Assembly: GCA_013265495.1 (NCBI GenBank)
Contig: MU058844.1
Coordinates: forward strand, 1,308,941-1,372,940
Reading direction: 5' to 3'
Length of the DNA stretch: 64,000 bases
Origin: Vicugna vicugna
Taxonomy: Eukaryota
The notes under the pieces are model-generated. The model was not told the DNA's origin and did no database searches. It saw only the letters and a list, made by a program, of their open reading frames with translations. Below are positions 1-14,118 of the stretch, piece after piece. A program made the position numbers and the translations under genes. Numbering within the stretch: position 1 is the stretch's first letter; each line of letters begins with the position of its first letter.

Positions 1-387
1 GGCATTTCTTCTTCTTAGCTTTGTACCATCTTTGTATATACCCCAGACCAACTTTCAAGCTTCATGCTCTTGTTGCCCTAGGTAGAGTTCCAGACTTGCC
101 ATCCTGATTGAATGGGACATCCAGCCAGGTTTTCACCCCTTGGAGTGCCATCTTCGTACTAAGGTAAGAACTCCTCTGGAAATAAAGCTCTAACTATAGG
201 TCCTTACACTCTCCAGTGTTTGCTTTTAAACCGTTCAGATTTCTTGAATTTTCAGGGTGTAAACTGTGCTTCTGAGTTTGAGGAGATGTAATATGGAGAT
301 GGAGAAACTGAATGGTCCAGGTAGCCATGCTGGGATGATTCCCTGGAATCAGATATGGAGGACAGTATGAGCATCAGAATTCAACTC

Positions 388-590
388 ATAGAATGGCAGA
401 ATTTAGAGTTAGAAGGAATATCCATGGATCATTTGATCCAGTCCAAACCCCTTGGATAGAATGACCTCATTTTACAGATGACACAGTAGAGGTCTGGAGA
501 GACTAAAGGCCATATCTGAGGTTATCTTGTTATCTTTTAAGACTAGAAGATAGGGGATCCTAGGTCCCTTATCATCTGCCTCCTACTTTA
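388..590 (-). mobile_element. MIR3/MIRc-type SINE
   Basis: agaatttagagttagaagg...gatcatttgatccagtccaaacccc...ctcattttacagatga matches the reverse-complement MIR core. Confidence 0.75.
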
Positions 591-1642
591 TGCTGTTTTA
601 TGAATATTTAAAGGAATGTGTGATGCCAACAAGTAATGGCTCACTTACGAATGATGTTTGCAAGGGAGAGCAAAAGAATGGAATATTTACTAGTGCAACA
701 TAGAAAGTCCTGTGATACCACCTTTCTGTTTCCTAGTCTAATTTGACTCCTTTAAGAATCTGGCCCAAACAATTAAAGAAGTGTCCTGTCACATAGTAAA
801 TATTTATGGATTAATGGTTTAGATGCCTGACTTTATGGCATAGCATATTGTTTCTTATTCCATTTTTGTCAACTTTATTCCCTACCTATTCCTCTGTTAA
901 AGCCTTCTCCTGTCCTCCTCCCGTTTGCCTCATGACTTGCCACCTTTGCTTGGTTTTTTGGTATTGCTTGGGCCTTTCCTCAATAGCTGAGTGATTCCTC
1001 AAAAGGTCAGATAGGTAACATTGTTTCTGGGTCAACCAGGCTTTACCTCCTATATGCTGCTGGTAGACGGCCCCCATTCAGTGAATAATAGACACTGGTG
1101 AGTGTTGAAGAACTTTTCTGGTGATAGTTGTTGTAATTACAGACTCCAGAGCCATATACAAATTGCATTCGTCATCACTGTAATAAAGATAGACAGGCTT
1201 TAAGAAGAATGAGAGAGAGAAGAAAACAGATAGTGAGGATTAGTTTGTGGAGTTCCCAGTTAGTGTGTGTCTTTGCAGCAACCCAGTAGTATCTGGAGTT
1301 CTAGATACAGAGTTGAAATACAGATTCTGCACTTGAACTATGCATTTTGAATTACTGCAGACAGAGACCAAGAATGTTCTGCAGTTGGTATAATAATACC
1401 CATTCCCACACAGACAAGTGTGGGAGAGGGAACCATATGGAACCTGAGAGGGAATGGCTGTATTTCAGAGAACCAGTGAATCAAGGAAAAGATACAAGTA
1501 GGATCAGGATATAGACATGTTTCTTAACCTCAGTAGCTGGCGTCCCCCAGTTGCTTTGTACAAAGCAAGAGCTTGTTTTAGATGATTGTTATTGTCTAAT
1601 ATTATTGTGAATTTATATTGTTCAGTATTATTGTAAATTTGT

Positions 1643-2650
1643 GTATATTTAATATCTATTGCTGTGTAACAAATTGCCCTAAGATTTGGTTGCTTAAAAC
1701 AACAAACATTTATGATCTCACAGTTTCTGAGAGTCAGAGATCCCAGAGTGACTTAGCTGGGTGATTCTGGCTCAGGGCCTCTTATCAGATTATGGTCAAA
1801 ATATCAGCCAGGGATGCATCATCAGAAGACCTGGATAGGCCTGGAAGATCTGCTTCCACGAAGGCTCACTCACTTGAGTCTCTGGTTCTTCACTAGCATT
1901 GTCCAGAGTCTCAGTTGTTTGCCATTTGGGCATCTCCATAGAGCTGCCTTGGTGGTCTCAAGATATGGTAGCTGGCTTCACCCAGAGTGAGTGGTCCAAG
2001 AGACAGAAAGAGAGAGAGGCAGAAAACTCAGCATGGAAGCTGCAGTCTTTTGGGGGGAACATTTTTTTATTGTGGCGAAAAATACGTAACATAGGTTTAT
2101 CATTTTAACTATTTTAAGTGTATTAATCAGTGACATTAAGTACATTCAGTTGTTGTGCAACCATCACCACTATCCATTTCCAGACTTTTTCATCACCCTA
2201 AACAGAAGCTCTATACCCATTAAATAGTAACTTTTCATCCCCTTACTTCCAGCCTCTGGCAATCTCTGTCCTACTTTCTGTCCCTATGAATTTGCCTATC
2301 TGAGGTACCTCATACAAGTGGAATCATGTAGTATTTGTCCCTTTGTGTCTGGCCTATTTCATTTAGTACGGTGTTTTCAAGATTCATCATGTTGTAGAAT
2401 GCATCAGAATTTTCTTACTTTTTATGGATGAAGAATATTCCATTGCATGCATATATGCATATTTCTTATATCAAGAACATTTGAGTTGTTCCCACCTTTA
2501 CTGCATTTTTTATGATTTAATATGGAAGTGACACACCATCACTTATGCAGTAATCTAGTCATCAGAAGCAAGTCACCAAACTGAGCCCACACTCAAGTGA
2601 AGGGAAAAGAGAAGAACATCAAAGAATTTGTGGACATATTTCTAAAAGAA
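1643..2650 (-). mobile_element. MLT1F-like MaLR solo LTR, split by an L1 insertion
   Basis: One end is ctattgctgtgtaacaaattgccc...gcttaaaacaac; the other is atcaaagaatttgtggacatattt (reverse complement of the MLT1F start). Confidence 0.8.
2062..2500 (-). mobile_element. L1MB-type 3' end
   Basis: T-rich tail followed by gttgtgcaaccatcaccactatccatttcca...aagtggaatcatgtagtatttgtcc, typical antisense L1MB 3'UTR. Confidence 0.85.
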
Positions 2651-3819
2651 TAAAAAATACATAAGTTAATTTTACTAATTGAACATGGTTCTTTGGTCCT
2701 TGTTCTTCATTCTCTTGATACTTATATAAAATTCTAAATTTAAGAATCTTTCCAAGGGCTGCACCCAGATTACCCCCAACCAGAACATAGTGCTGAAAAT
2801 GGGCAAACCAGAAAAATGGCATGCCTTATACATTTTGCCCTAACCAGGTTCACTTTGGGATATGAGATACCAAATAAATGCAGGCCTAATTTCTGTGCTG
2901 CTGTAATGAAAGTAGGCCTACCTTGTGTTTCATTTTACTGCATGTGAGTGGGAACCACATAAGTGGCAGTAGTGGCTGCAGCATATGTGTTTAGAGCACA
3001 TTCAGAGTTATTCCTGTTGGAGTCTGTCTTTGTATATGGTTGAAAGAAGGCTTAGTCTATAATGACAAAAATAACAACAAAAAGAAATGATCCCCCCATC
3101 CCCTACTGTTATCCTTTTGTTAATTCTGTAAGTGTTCTTATTTCCTTCTTTTAAGACTGGTAACACAAAGCTGAGTTCTTTTGCCTTTTTAATTTATTAC
3201 ACTACTTCAGCTGTCTATTTTGTGATGAATGTAAGGAATTTGGAAGTAGTTTGCAAAGATGAAGGCAGGGAGGATGAAAAAGCAATTACCTCACGCCGAT
3301 TACACCAGGAAGTAGTGGAGGTGCCATTCCTGCAGCATTTCTGTCCATTTTTCTTCATTACCACGAGGGTGGCCGCTCTCCTCATTAGCCGACACATTTC
3401 TCTTCATTACCAGCTGTGGTGATGGGAGTGATGATGAGTGCTATTTACAGCTGGAATTCTGTGAAAGGCCCAGCAGATGAATAATAATTATTCAAACAGA
3501 AATTTGGAGGCCAAAAAAGACAAGTGGTTAAAGTGAGGCTATTGTGTCCTGAAAAGGCAGGGAGGTAATTTATTTTGAAGTGGGGAGCAGGGGTGGGGGT
3601 GGTACTTCCTCAGTCAGGGACTGAGCTGCGGTGCTGGGCTAGAACAGCTTATCTGAGGTACTTGGTATGTTCTTGAAGGAACTGACTGGACAACAATGAG
3701 TTGTTTAAACCATAAACTAGTGTCTATTCCCATTGAACCCCTGGCTTCGTCTGCCAGGGAGGAATCAGAGCTTTCCTTGAGTCTATGCTCAAAAAATAAC
3801 TCACCCCAAACCATGACAT

Positions 3820-3975
3820 CCATCCATCCACCCCTATATCCAGCTTTCTATCTATCTGGGGCAGTCTTATTACAGCAATACTTTAAAGTATATATATTAA
3901 CTATCATCTATCTGTGTATCTACATATGTATTTATATGTGCATGTATATATGTATGTATCCACCTACCTACCTAC
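3820..3975. repeat. Degenerate (CATC/TATC/TATG)n low-complexity tract
   Basis: catccatccac, tatctatct, tatgtatgtatc units. Confidence 0.6.
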
Positions 3976-4397
3976 GTATCTTTATGAGAATTCACCAGAG
4001 AAACAGAACCAGCAGGATGTGTGTAGAGAAAGAGAAAAAGAGATTTATTTCAATGAATTGGCTCATCTGATTATGAAGGCTTAAAGAGTCCAAAGTCTAA
4101 TGGGGTAAGCCAGCGGGCTAGAGGCTCAGGGAAGAGTTGCAGTTCTTGTTCAAAAGCAGGCTGCTGGCTTTTTGTTCAGGGGACATCCATCTTTCTTCTA
4201 TTAAGGCCTTCAACTGATTGGGTGACCACTACCCAAGTTATGGGGGGTAAGCTGCTTTACTCAAAGTCCACTGATTTAAATGCTCATCTTACTGAAAAAA
4301 AAAAACAAAACACCATCACAGAAACATCCAGAATAATGTTTGACCAAATATTTGGGCACCATGGCCCAGCCAAGTTGACACGTGAAAGTAACCATTT
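3976..4397 (-). mobile_element. MLT2-family (ERVL) solo LTR
   Basis: ccagagaaacagaaccagcagga...aattggctca...ccagaataatgtttgaccaaatatttgggcaccatggcccagccaagttgacac. Confidence 0.88.
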
Positions 4398-5974
4398 ATG
4401 TATCTATCTATATGTCTATCTATCTGTAAATCTAGACCAACAAGGTACAAAGAATTTGTGACCCACAAATAAAGGTGCTACTTTAAGTTTTTACCTAATG
4501 ACAAGACTTGAATTGGACTATTAATATTCTTTTGAGGGTGAGGCCAGTAGTTGAAGAGTCCGGCAGCTCTAGGCAGGAATGGAGCCGTTTTCCCTCCAGC
4601 CTCCTTCCAGACACCCGAATTGAGGGGAGTAATTGCTCCAAGGGCAGGAGAGGATCTGTGAGTTTGGAAGAGAGGCAGAGTGTAAATATAATTGGGAACT
4701 GTGATGAATTGTTTATTGAAGAGCATCTTGCAATTTAATCATCCGATTGCTCCTCTTTGCTTTGACTTTCTCCCTAGCAGTGACCCTCACAGTTATCCCA
4801 TGAACCTTGCCCAACTCAAAAAGGTGTTGTTGAAACAGGCTGCAGAAGTTCCAACCTAGGCAAGTAGAAACAAGTTGGCTTCTCAGCTGTGGGCTCATGG
4901 GCAGGATTGTAGTTAACCCCTACTGGCCTGGAACATTTGGGAAAGAGGCCCTGGGAAAAGATTTCCACTAGCAGGGCATTGCCATTTGCCAGACTCTGAT
5001 GGTGTACAGCCTGTTAAGAATGATAGAGGCGGTGTTCCAGCACAGCATGCTTTCACTATGAGACAGAGGGATGAAAGGAGTACAATATGAAAACAGCAGG
5101 TGAGAATGGATGTATCACACAGGGAAAAGATGTTAAAGGAATACTGAGGTATATTAATTCTCCCCAGGTCCCCTCAAATTCAGTAGCTTCAGTGAAAGCA
5201 AAGATAGGTTCTTGAATTAGGCCCAGGCTCCTCACAAGTGCCATAGCACCATCTGCTTAGTAGCAAAAAGCATGGGAGATGGGAAAGACAGACCTGCATG
5301 CAAACCAGTGATATTTTTTTTCAGTAACCTTGATTTCCTCAGGGGCCCTCACAAGCTGTCATGTGTGGACAAGATCAGGGGTTTTAATGTCTACTAAGTG
5401 ATGAGTCTCCAGAGTTAGGCTACTCCTGTGGGCAAGATGGCATTTGCCCAGTGGCTTTTGGGATAATCTGTGCTTTTCTAAGGGCCTGGAATAAGCAACA
5501 GAAGCAGCAACTGCTTGGCACCTAGAAAGTCCTTCCTAATGATTTGGGCCTGGAGAGATTTCTCAGATTACTGTCTAGGGGCAAGTTGTCAGACTCTGTC
5601 CATGACAGATTGTTCACCATCAAGAAAGGGCATGATCTTGTATCTTCCCACCTATCTTGTAACTTTAATGAAGCAAGGACCAGTGAAAGGTAAATACCCT
5701 GTAGGGATGTGAATCAGCTATATCCCTGAGAGATACAGCGCAGGGGTTTCCTGAAATAACTAGCCTCAGTCTTTTGGAATAGGCATTTAATTCATTTTCC
5801 TTAGTGTTTGAGCAACTTGGAATTTCCCTAAACCAATCTCCTAAGTCTTCGAGCAGGGAGCATGTTATGACAGTCTCCTCTATCTAGACCCAACCAGCTT
5901 GAGTCCATCATGACTTTGCCCTAACCTGGCATCAGATATCCATTTGAAAAATGTGGGTATGCTAATTTTACCAG

Positions 5975-6930
5975 GCCTCTCCCCACTGTCCCTGGGTAAC
6001 TTCTTCCAGTCTTATGGATTCAGCTACCACCTCCCATCCATATCCCTCTTCTGGACCCCAAACTCTCTTCTGAGCTTCAGTCTGGACCTCTCAACCTGAA
6101 TGGAGAATAGACACCTCAACCAGTAAGCCCAAAGCTCACCCCAAACTTGCTCTTCTCTTTTCTCCCCTAGCTCTGTTAGAGGCACCACACTTCACCAGTC
6201 GTTGGAATTAGTTGCCCCTTACTTACCCATCTCCACTCACCCTCACACACATTTAATTTATCACCAAGTTGTGCTGATTTTATATTCTGAAGAGTTTTTT
6301 TTAATATATCTTTCTAGTCCTACTACTGTTACTGCAATCCAAGCTCTCTTAGAGTCATCCTCATTTGCTTATAACTAGTCCCTCTGCCTTCTGCCTTAAC
6401 TCATTTTAGACTACATAGAAGCTTGAATAATATATGTAAAATGCTTAAAATCTTTAAAAACTCCCCATCATTTACATAACTAAACACTGGATGAACTACT
6501 TATCCAGGCCCTCTTTGACTTCCTTCTCTGGTGTTATCTCCCAGTCACTCCCCCTTTCCCCTTCTCCTCTTGTAATGCCCTTTTCATTCCCCACATGTGT
6601 TGTGCTACTTCCAGCTCTGTGCCTCTGCATGAGTTATTTCTTCAATCTGGAACATTCATCCCACCCTTCCTCACAGGCTAATTATGTCTGACTCATCTTT
6701 AATACTCAGCTAAAGCATTATCTTCTCCAGGAAGTCTCTTGTGAACTCCCAGAATGGAACAGGGACTGTCCTCTCTAATATTCCCTGTAAGACTCAGTGC
6801 GTATGTCTGTTATTATGTCCTATGTCCATTTCTCTCATTGGATTTTTAAGGCCTTTTTTAAAAAAAATCTGTAATTACTTTCAAAGTTCCTAGAATAGAA
6901 CCATAGTGAGCACTGAAAATTTTGTTTTGC
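5975..6930 (+). mobile_element. L2 LINE 3' portion
   Basis: Pyrimidine-rich decayed L2 ORF2/3'UTR motifs (ccctgggtaacttcttccagtcttatggattcagctaccac; actcagctaaagcattatcttctccaggaagtct). Confidence 0.75.
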
Positions 6931-7789
6931 ACTGAATTCCTATATCTTTGTATTTTTAGACCCTTATCCATGGATTAAGTTAGATTAATTCTACCAACAA
7001 ATTTCTTTGATTCACTATGACCTCATAATATCAGAGTTATTGAGCGTGGAACATCCCTGTCTAAAAATCTCTGAGGGTTTTGAATATCTCCACTCTTCAA
7101 AGCCACGTATCTTCTCTATAACCCACAAAATCTGCTTCTCCAATACCAATGACCTCCTTGAGGATGACTTTTGGATTGGGTATCTCTCTGAGATGTATGT
7201 TTCCATACAACTCACATTGTGGACTTACTCTCCCCAGCTACAATTCTGGGACTTCACAAATAATCACCAAAACATTAAACAAGCCAAAGCAACCTAGCAA
7301 AACAACATCTTAGATGAAGTTCGAGACGCAACACAGGCTTTGCTGGAACACAAGGAAATCACTAGAGAATATGTAAAACTTAGGAAAGGGTCGTCCTCTG
7401 CCAGGTTGCCTAGTTGGAAATGAGTGCCTGGCATTTCATTGTATCAGTTCAATCTTTTTGTCTACTGCTGGATGCGTCACACTATAGAAGATGTATTTAG
7501 AGTTAAGGTCTCAATTCCCATCTACACAAAACTTAGAATATAGTAGTCAAAGCAGGGAATTTAAAGATGTAAATATTCTTATATGCATGATCTGAATACA
7601 TATAGATCATGTTGTGTTTTGCTTTAAAATTCTTCCTATCTCCTTTGATTCCTTGATTCCATTCAGGATCAAATTCCTTATGACACAATATCCCTGAGAG
7701 GCATTATGATACAGAAAATTAAAGTATGTATCCCAGCACCAGACTGGGTTGATAGCCCAGCTCAGACACTTGCTAAATATATAAACTAT

Positions 7790-8033
7790 GCGTGTTTCAG
7801 AATAAATACCAAGAGTAAATCCTAGCATAAACTGTGGACTTGGGGTGATAATCATTTGTCAGTATAGGTTCATCAGTTATAACAAATGTACCACTCTGGT
7901 GGAGAATGTTGAAAATGGGGGAGGCTGTACATATATGGGGACAGGGAGTGTATGGAAACCCTCTCTACTTCCTGTTCAATTTTTCTGTAAACCTAAAACT
8001 GCTCTAAAAAATAAAATCTGTTAATTAAAAAAA
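7790..8033 (+). mobile_element. L1MC1-like 3' end inserted in a MIR
   Basis: taggttcatcagttataacaaatgtaccactctggtgg...aaacctaaaactgctctaaaaaataaa plus A tail; candidate TSD aaatatataaa at 7775-7785 and 8031-8041. Confidence 0.85.
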
Positions 8034-8147
8034 TATATAAAGCTGGTGATGCAGTCTGATCTCCTTGTGTGATCCTTAGGCAGTCTCTGGTATCAATTTC
8101 AGACGAAAAATCCCATGAGGGTTTTCAACAATGACAGGATCATTTGT

Positions 8148-8395
8148 GTAATATTTATTGAGCACTTACTCTATACTAGACACTTTTCAGAATGCTTCAC
8201 ATGTATGAACTCATCAAATCCTCATGACAGCTCTGTGGGTAGGGACTATTATTGTTCACATTTTATAGGGGAGGACACAAAACCACAGTGTCTAATCATG
8301 TTGTTAAGGGTTGTAAAGTTAATAAGAGATAGCACCACCTGCAAACCTTTGCAGTACAACCAAGATTCAACCTCAGAAACGTTCCCCTTCTCACT
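8148..8395 (-). mobile_element. MIR SINE
   Basis: atttattgagcacttact...aatcctcatgacagctctgtgggtagggactattatt...cattttatag. Confidence 0.85.
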
Positions 8396-8424
8396 CTAGC
8401 TAATGTGCATGTTTTATTTTTATT

Positions 8425-8565
8425 TAACATCTGTAATTATCTTTATTTGTTTAGTTGTTGTTTTATGAAAGCAGAAGATGTCTTGTTGATCAGTGTATAC
8501 CCAGCACCTGGAAGAGCATTGGATTACAGGGGATGTTCAGTAAATATTTTTTGAATGAGTGAATA
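8425..8565 (+). mobile_element. L2 3' end
   Basis: gtatacccagcacctggaagag...ttcagtaaatattttttgaatgagtgaat terminus. Confidence 0.75.
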
Positions 8566-8589
8566 GAACCTTTTTACTTAACTTGCAAT

Positions 8590-9960
<1,371 letters not shown>

Positions 9961-10709
9961 TCTGACACTAGTCAATGTCAGAAGTCTGTGTAACAGTAAT
10001 AGCAGAATCATTTTGTATTCATTATTGCTAATAGCTAAGTGATTTATTCACATTTGCTTGTGTGGCCTCAATGAACAAGAGCTTCTCACACTCAGTCTTC
10101 TGCTTCCCAGGTGAGGAGGCCAGATAATAACAGGTAAGCTTTCAATAACTTCTGATGTGGGACAGATAAGACAGGTTATGGAGTTTGTTACCAGTTCTCC
10201 AAGAACTCACCACCCCTTGTTTAAAGACAATTTAGAAAGTTGAGATATTAATGAATGGGATCATTGTTGGGTGCAAAATGTATCAAGTTTTACAAAGTTG
10301 TCGCCAAATTCCAGTTTATTTGAATAAAAACCAACTTAGAATTGTGATATCACTAACACATCTTATAAGTCATGACTATGCTAAGTATTATAAAAGTTGA
10401 AGTGATAAATCTGCAATTCTCATGAGGCAGTAATCATTAAATTATGTGATACATTGGAAATCATCCATACCTAGACTAGTGGCTGAGAAGGGGCAGAGTC
10501 CAGGGCAAACTATGCTATGTGAACTCTGAATAATAAGGACAACTTGTGCATTTGCATTCAATTTAAGAGATGATAAACTCTTCCCACATATATTATTTTA
10601 TTTGCTTTTCCCAGTGGAAGATCAGGTAATTCCACAGAAGCATTTCTTTCTTTCTATCACTTATGGAGTGGTAGTCAATAGCTTAGGCGCTTAAATCAGA
10701 TTACCTGAT

Positions 10710-11075
10710 TGTGTTAATTTACATCCTTCAGAAAACAGATGCCACGATGGGTTTAAACATGCAAAGATTTTCTTAAGGGAAATGCCTGTTTGGAAAAAAC
10801 AGGAGAGGGAGCTGGGATAGATTAAGCGAGTCATCATCAGTGATGCATGTCTGATCCTAAGTGAAGGAGAAAGGAAAGGAAGATTGGGTGCAAGCATCTT
10901 AGACTGCTGTGAAGTCTAAGGGATGTGGCAAGGATCATGAGGAGTTTTTAAGACAAAGTGAGCTGTCGGAGAACCCCATATCACCCAGCAATGGACCTTC
11001 ATAGCAAGCCTGCAGTAGATTTCAGTGAGCTGCAGCCAGGCACCTTGGTCAGTTCTGTAGTCGGAGATCATAGGT
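10710..11075 (-). mobile_element. LTR16B-like ERVL solo LTR inserted in a MIR
   Basis: cagaaaacagatgccacgatggg...gggaaatgcctgt...gtgaaggagaaaggaaaggaagattgggtg; MIR halves at ~10660-10709 and ~11080-11226. Confidence 0.7.
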
Positions 11076-11079
11076 GCCC

Positions 11080-11226
11080 CATGGTTCAAATTGTAGCTCT
11101 TAACCATTAATTACCTGTGTTATTTTAGCAAATTACTCTGCCTTTCTCAAAGCCTCATCTTATTTGTAAAATAGTAATAGTGTTGGTACCTCCTCTGTTG
11201 TGTGGATTAAATGAGATAATGAATAT
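11080..11226 (+). mobile_element. MIR SINE (3' half)
   Basis: ggttcaaattgtagctct...tttgtaaaatagtaatag...gttgtgtggattaaatgagataatg. Confidence 0.8.
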
Positions 11227-11444
11227 ATTATTATTTTTCTCTGAGTCTCTTGAGTGCTATGAGGCAACTGCTTCCATAAAATAGAGGATCCAAGCTCATC
11301 TTACTGATTAACTTGTGATAGGGCTGAAATTCATAGACATCCTGGGCTAACGAGTTTTCGAATTTCATTCATCAGGAAGCATTTGAAATACTTTACCTTT
11401 TGACTTTCAAATATAATTCTCTCTTAAAAAATAAATATATATAT

Positions 11445-13470
11445 TAAGAATAAAGAGACAATACACTGGGAACAAAATGAGCAGAGTCTCAGAAACATGT
11501 AAGACTAATACCAGAAGATCTAATATTATGTCCTTAGAGTCCTGGAAGGAGAGGAGAAAGAATATGAGGCTGAAAAAGTGCTCAGATACAATGGCTGAAA
11601 ACTTCTAAAATTTGACCAAAGACATGACTTATGGATTCAAGAAGCTGAGCCAACCACAAACAAACACAGAAATCTGTGTTGAGATACATCATGGTTGAAT
11701 TACTGAGTATTAAAGACAAATCAAAAAATCTTGAAAGCAGTAAGTGAGAAACAATACCTTACCTACAGGGGAAAAACAAGTTGAGTAAGGGTGGATTTCT
11801 CATCAGAAATCATGACTGAAGGAAGTAGTACAGCATTTTTCATGCACTGAAGGAAAAGAACTGCCACTGCAGAATCCTATCTCCAGTAAAAATATCTTCT
11901 AGAAATGAAGGGGAAACCAGGAAATTCTCAGATGAAGAAAAACCAAGAGAATTTATCACCAGCAGAATTTTCCTAAAAGAATGGCTAGAGAAAATTTTCT
12001 AAACGGAAAGGAAATGATAAAGATGACCTTGGGATATTAGGAAGGAAGAAAGAAAATGATTAGCAATAATAAGATAAGAGTTTACTTCTTTTGCATTTTC
12101 TAAATTATATTTGATGGTTTAAAGCAAAATTTATAACGTCTCATGTGGTTCTAAATATATACTGAGGAAATACTCAAGCTAATTACATTTTAAACAGGTA
12201 ATAAAGGGCATACAGATTAGAAAGGAAGAATAAAACTTCCCCTATTTCCAGAGGAAATGATTTTCTACAAGGTAAAAAAAAAAAAATTCTGTAATTAATA
12301 GGTGAGTTTCTCAAGGTTGCAGGATACAAACAGCATACCCAAAAAATCAGTTGTATTTCTATATGCTAGTAACGAACACATAAACACCCAAATAAAAATA
12401 TTATGTACAATCAATCAAAATGATGCACGTTAGTGTAAATCTAACAGAACATTATAAGACGTATGTGCCAAAGACTACAAAATGCTTATGAAAGAAATTG
12501 AATATCTAATTAAATGGAGAGATATGCCATATTTATGCATGGAGAGATTTGACATAGAAAAGGTGTTAGTTCTCCCCAGATTGATACAAAAATTTAACAC
12601 AATTCCTATCAAAATCCCAGCAAAAGTTTTATAGATATAGTCACGACTATTTCTAATTTTGTTAATATGAAAAGGTATAGGAGCTAAGATAGATAAACCA
12701 ACTTTGAAAAAAAGAAGAAGAAAGTGAAAGGAATCATCTACTTTATTTCAAGATGTACCATAAAACTTCAACAATCAAGAATATACGGTACTGGCTGAGA
12801 GACATACACATCCATGAAGAAGAATAGAAAAGGAACTGAGAGATAAACCCATGCAAAAAGACCCAGCTAATTTTTTAAAAGGTGCAAAAGCAATTTAATG
12901 AAGGAAAAATAGCATTTTCAACAAATAGTGCTAGAGCAATTAGGCATTCTTGGCAAAAACTGAACCTCAACCTAAGTCTTACATCTTAAACAAAAGTTAT
13001 CTCAAAATGGAGCACAGACTTAAATGTAAAACATAAAATTTTAAAACTTTTAGAAAAACTCTAGGGGAATCTTCAGGATGTAGAGCTAGGTAAAGAATTC
13101 TTAGATTTGACATTTAAAGGCAAAATCCAAAAAAGAAAAAAAAAGATTAAATTTAACTAGACTTAATCAAAATTATACCTTTTGCTCTATTAAAAAATAC
13201 CCTGATTTTGAGGATGAAATGTATTTTCAGGCCACATACTGGCAGAAAATATTTGCAAACCACCTATACAAAGGACTAGTATCCAGAATATATAAAGAAC
13301 TTTCAAAACTCAATAGAAAGAATGAACAGTCCAATAGAAATGAGCAAATGACATGAAGAGACATTTCACAGGAAAAGTATACAGAAAGCAGTTAAGTACA
13401 TGAAAAGATGTTCTATATGATTAACCATTAAATGAAGTTAAAACCTCAATGAGATTGTAGTACACACTTA
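11445..13470 (+). mobile_element. Old L1 (L1M/L1MD-like): ORF1 remnant joined to the 3' half of ORF2
   Basis: ORF1 motifs (aatggctgaaaacttc, gatttctcatcagaaa, agagaatttatcaccagcaga); from ~12200 reads IKGIQIRKEE...LFPEEMIFY (decayed LFADDMI RT motif) and continues through C-terminal ORF2; many stops. Confidence 0.9.
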
Positions 13471-13748
13471 CCTCCTTATATGTCATATGTAAACTATTAG
13501 CTGAGTATAGGAACCAATGTATGAAAAATTTATAAAATACATAGAATATTATAACAGACAAATGCATGATCCACCCCTGTATTCTATACATTTGCCAAAT
13601 GCTTTTATGCTCATTATCTTATTTTACTCTCATAACCCTTTGCAGCAGTAATTTAGAACACACATAATCTATATTTTCTAGTTAAATGATTAAAGTATTG
13701 AGTTATTGAATGGTTACATGAGTGAATGGATGCATGAATCGATGAATG

Positions 13749-14118
13749 GTACTATTGATTGAGTGTTTGTGTCCCCTCAAATTTCTACGTTGAAACCTTA
13801 TCCCCAGTGTGGTGATATTTGGAGGTAAGCCTTTGGGAGATACCTAGTTCATAAGGGTGGAGCCCTCATGAGTGGGACAGGTGCTGTTATAAGAGACCCC
13901 AGAGAGCTCCCTTGAAGCTTCCACCATGTGAGGACACATACTGAGAATGGCTATCTATGAACTGCAGAACAGGCTTTCTCTCACAAGATATGGAATCTGT
14001 CATCATCTTAATCTTAGACTTCCCAGCCTCTAGAAGTGTGAGAAATAAATGTTGGTTGTTTAAGCCACCCAGTCCATGGTATTCTATTATATACATTCTA
14101 TTACAGAGGCCTGATGGA
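13749..14118 (+). mobile_element. MLT1A0-like MaLR solo LTR
   Basis: tgtttgtgtcccctcaaatt...gttgaaacc...gacttcccagcctctagaagtgtgagaaataaatgtt...tttaagccacccagtc. Confidence 0.9.

Noticed and set aside
7040..7200. Possible CR1/L3 3' remnant
   Set aside because: Similarity too weak to call by eye.
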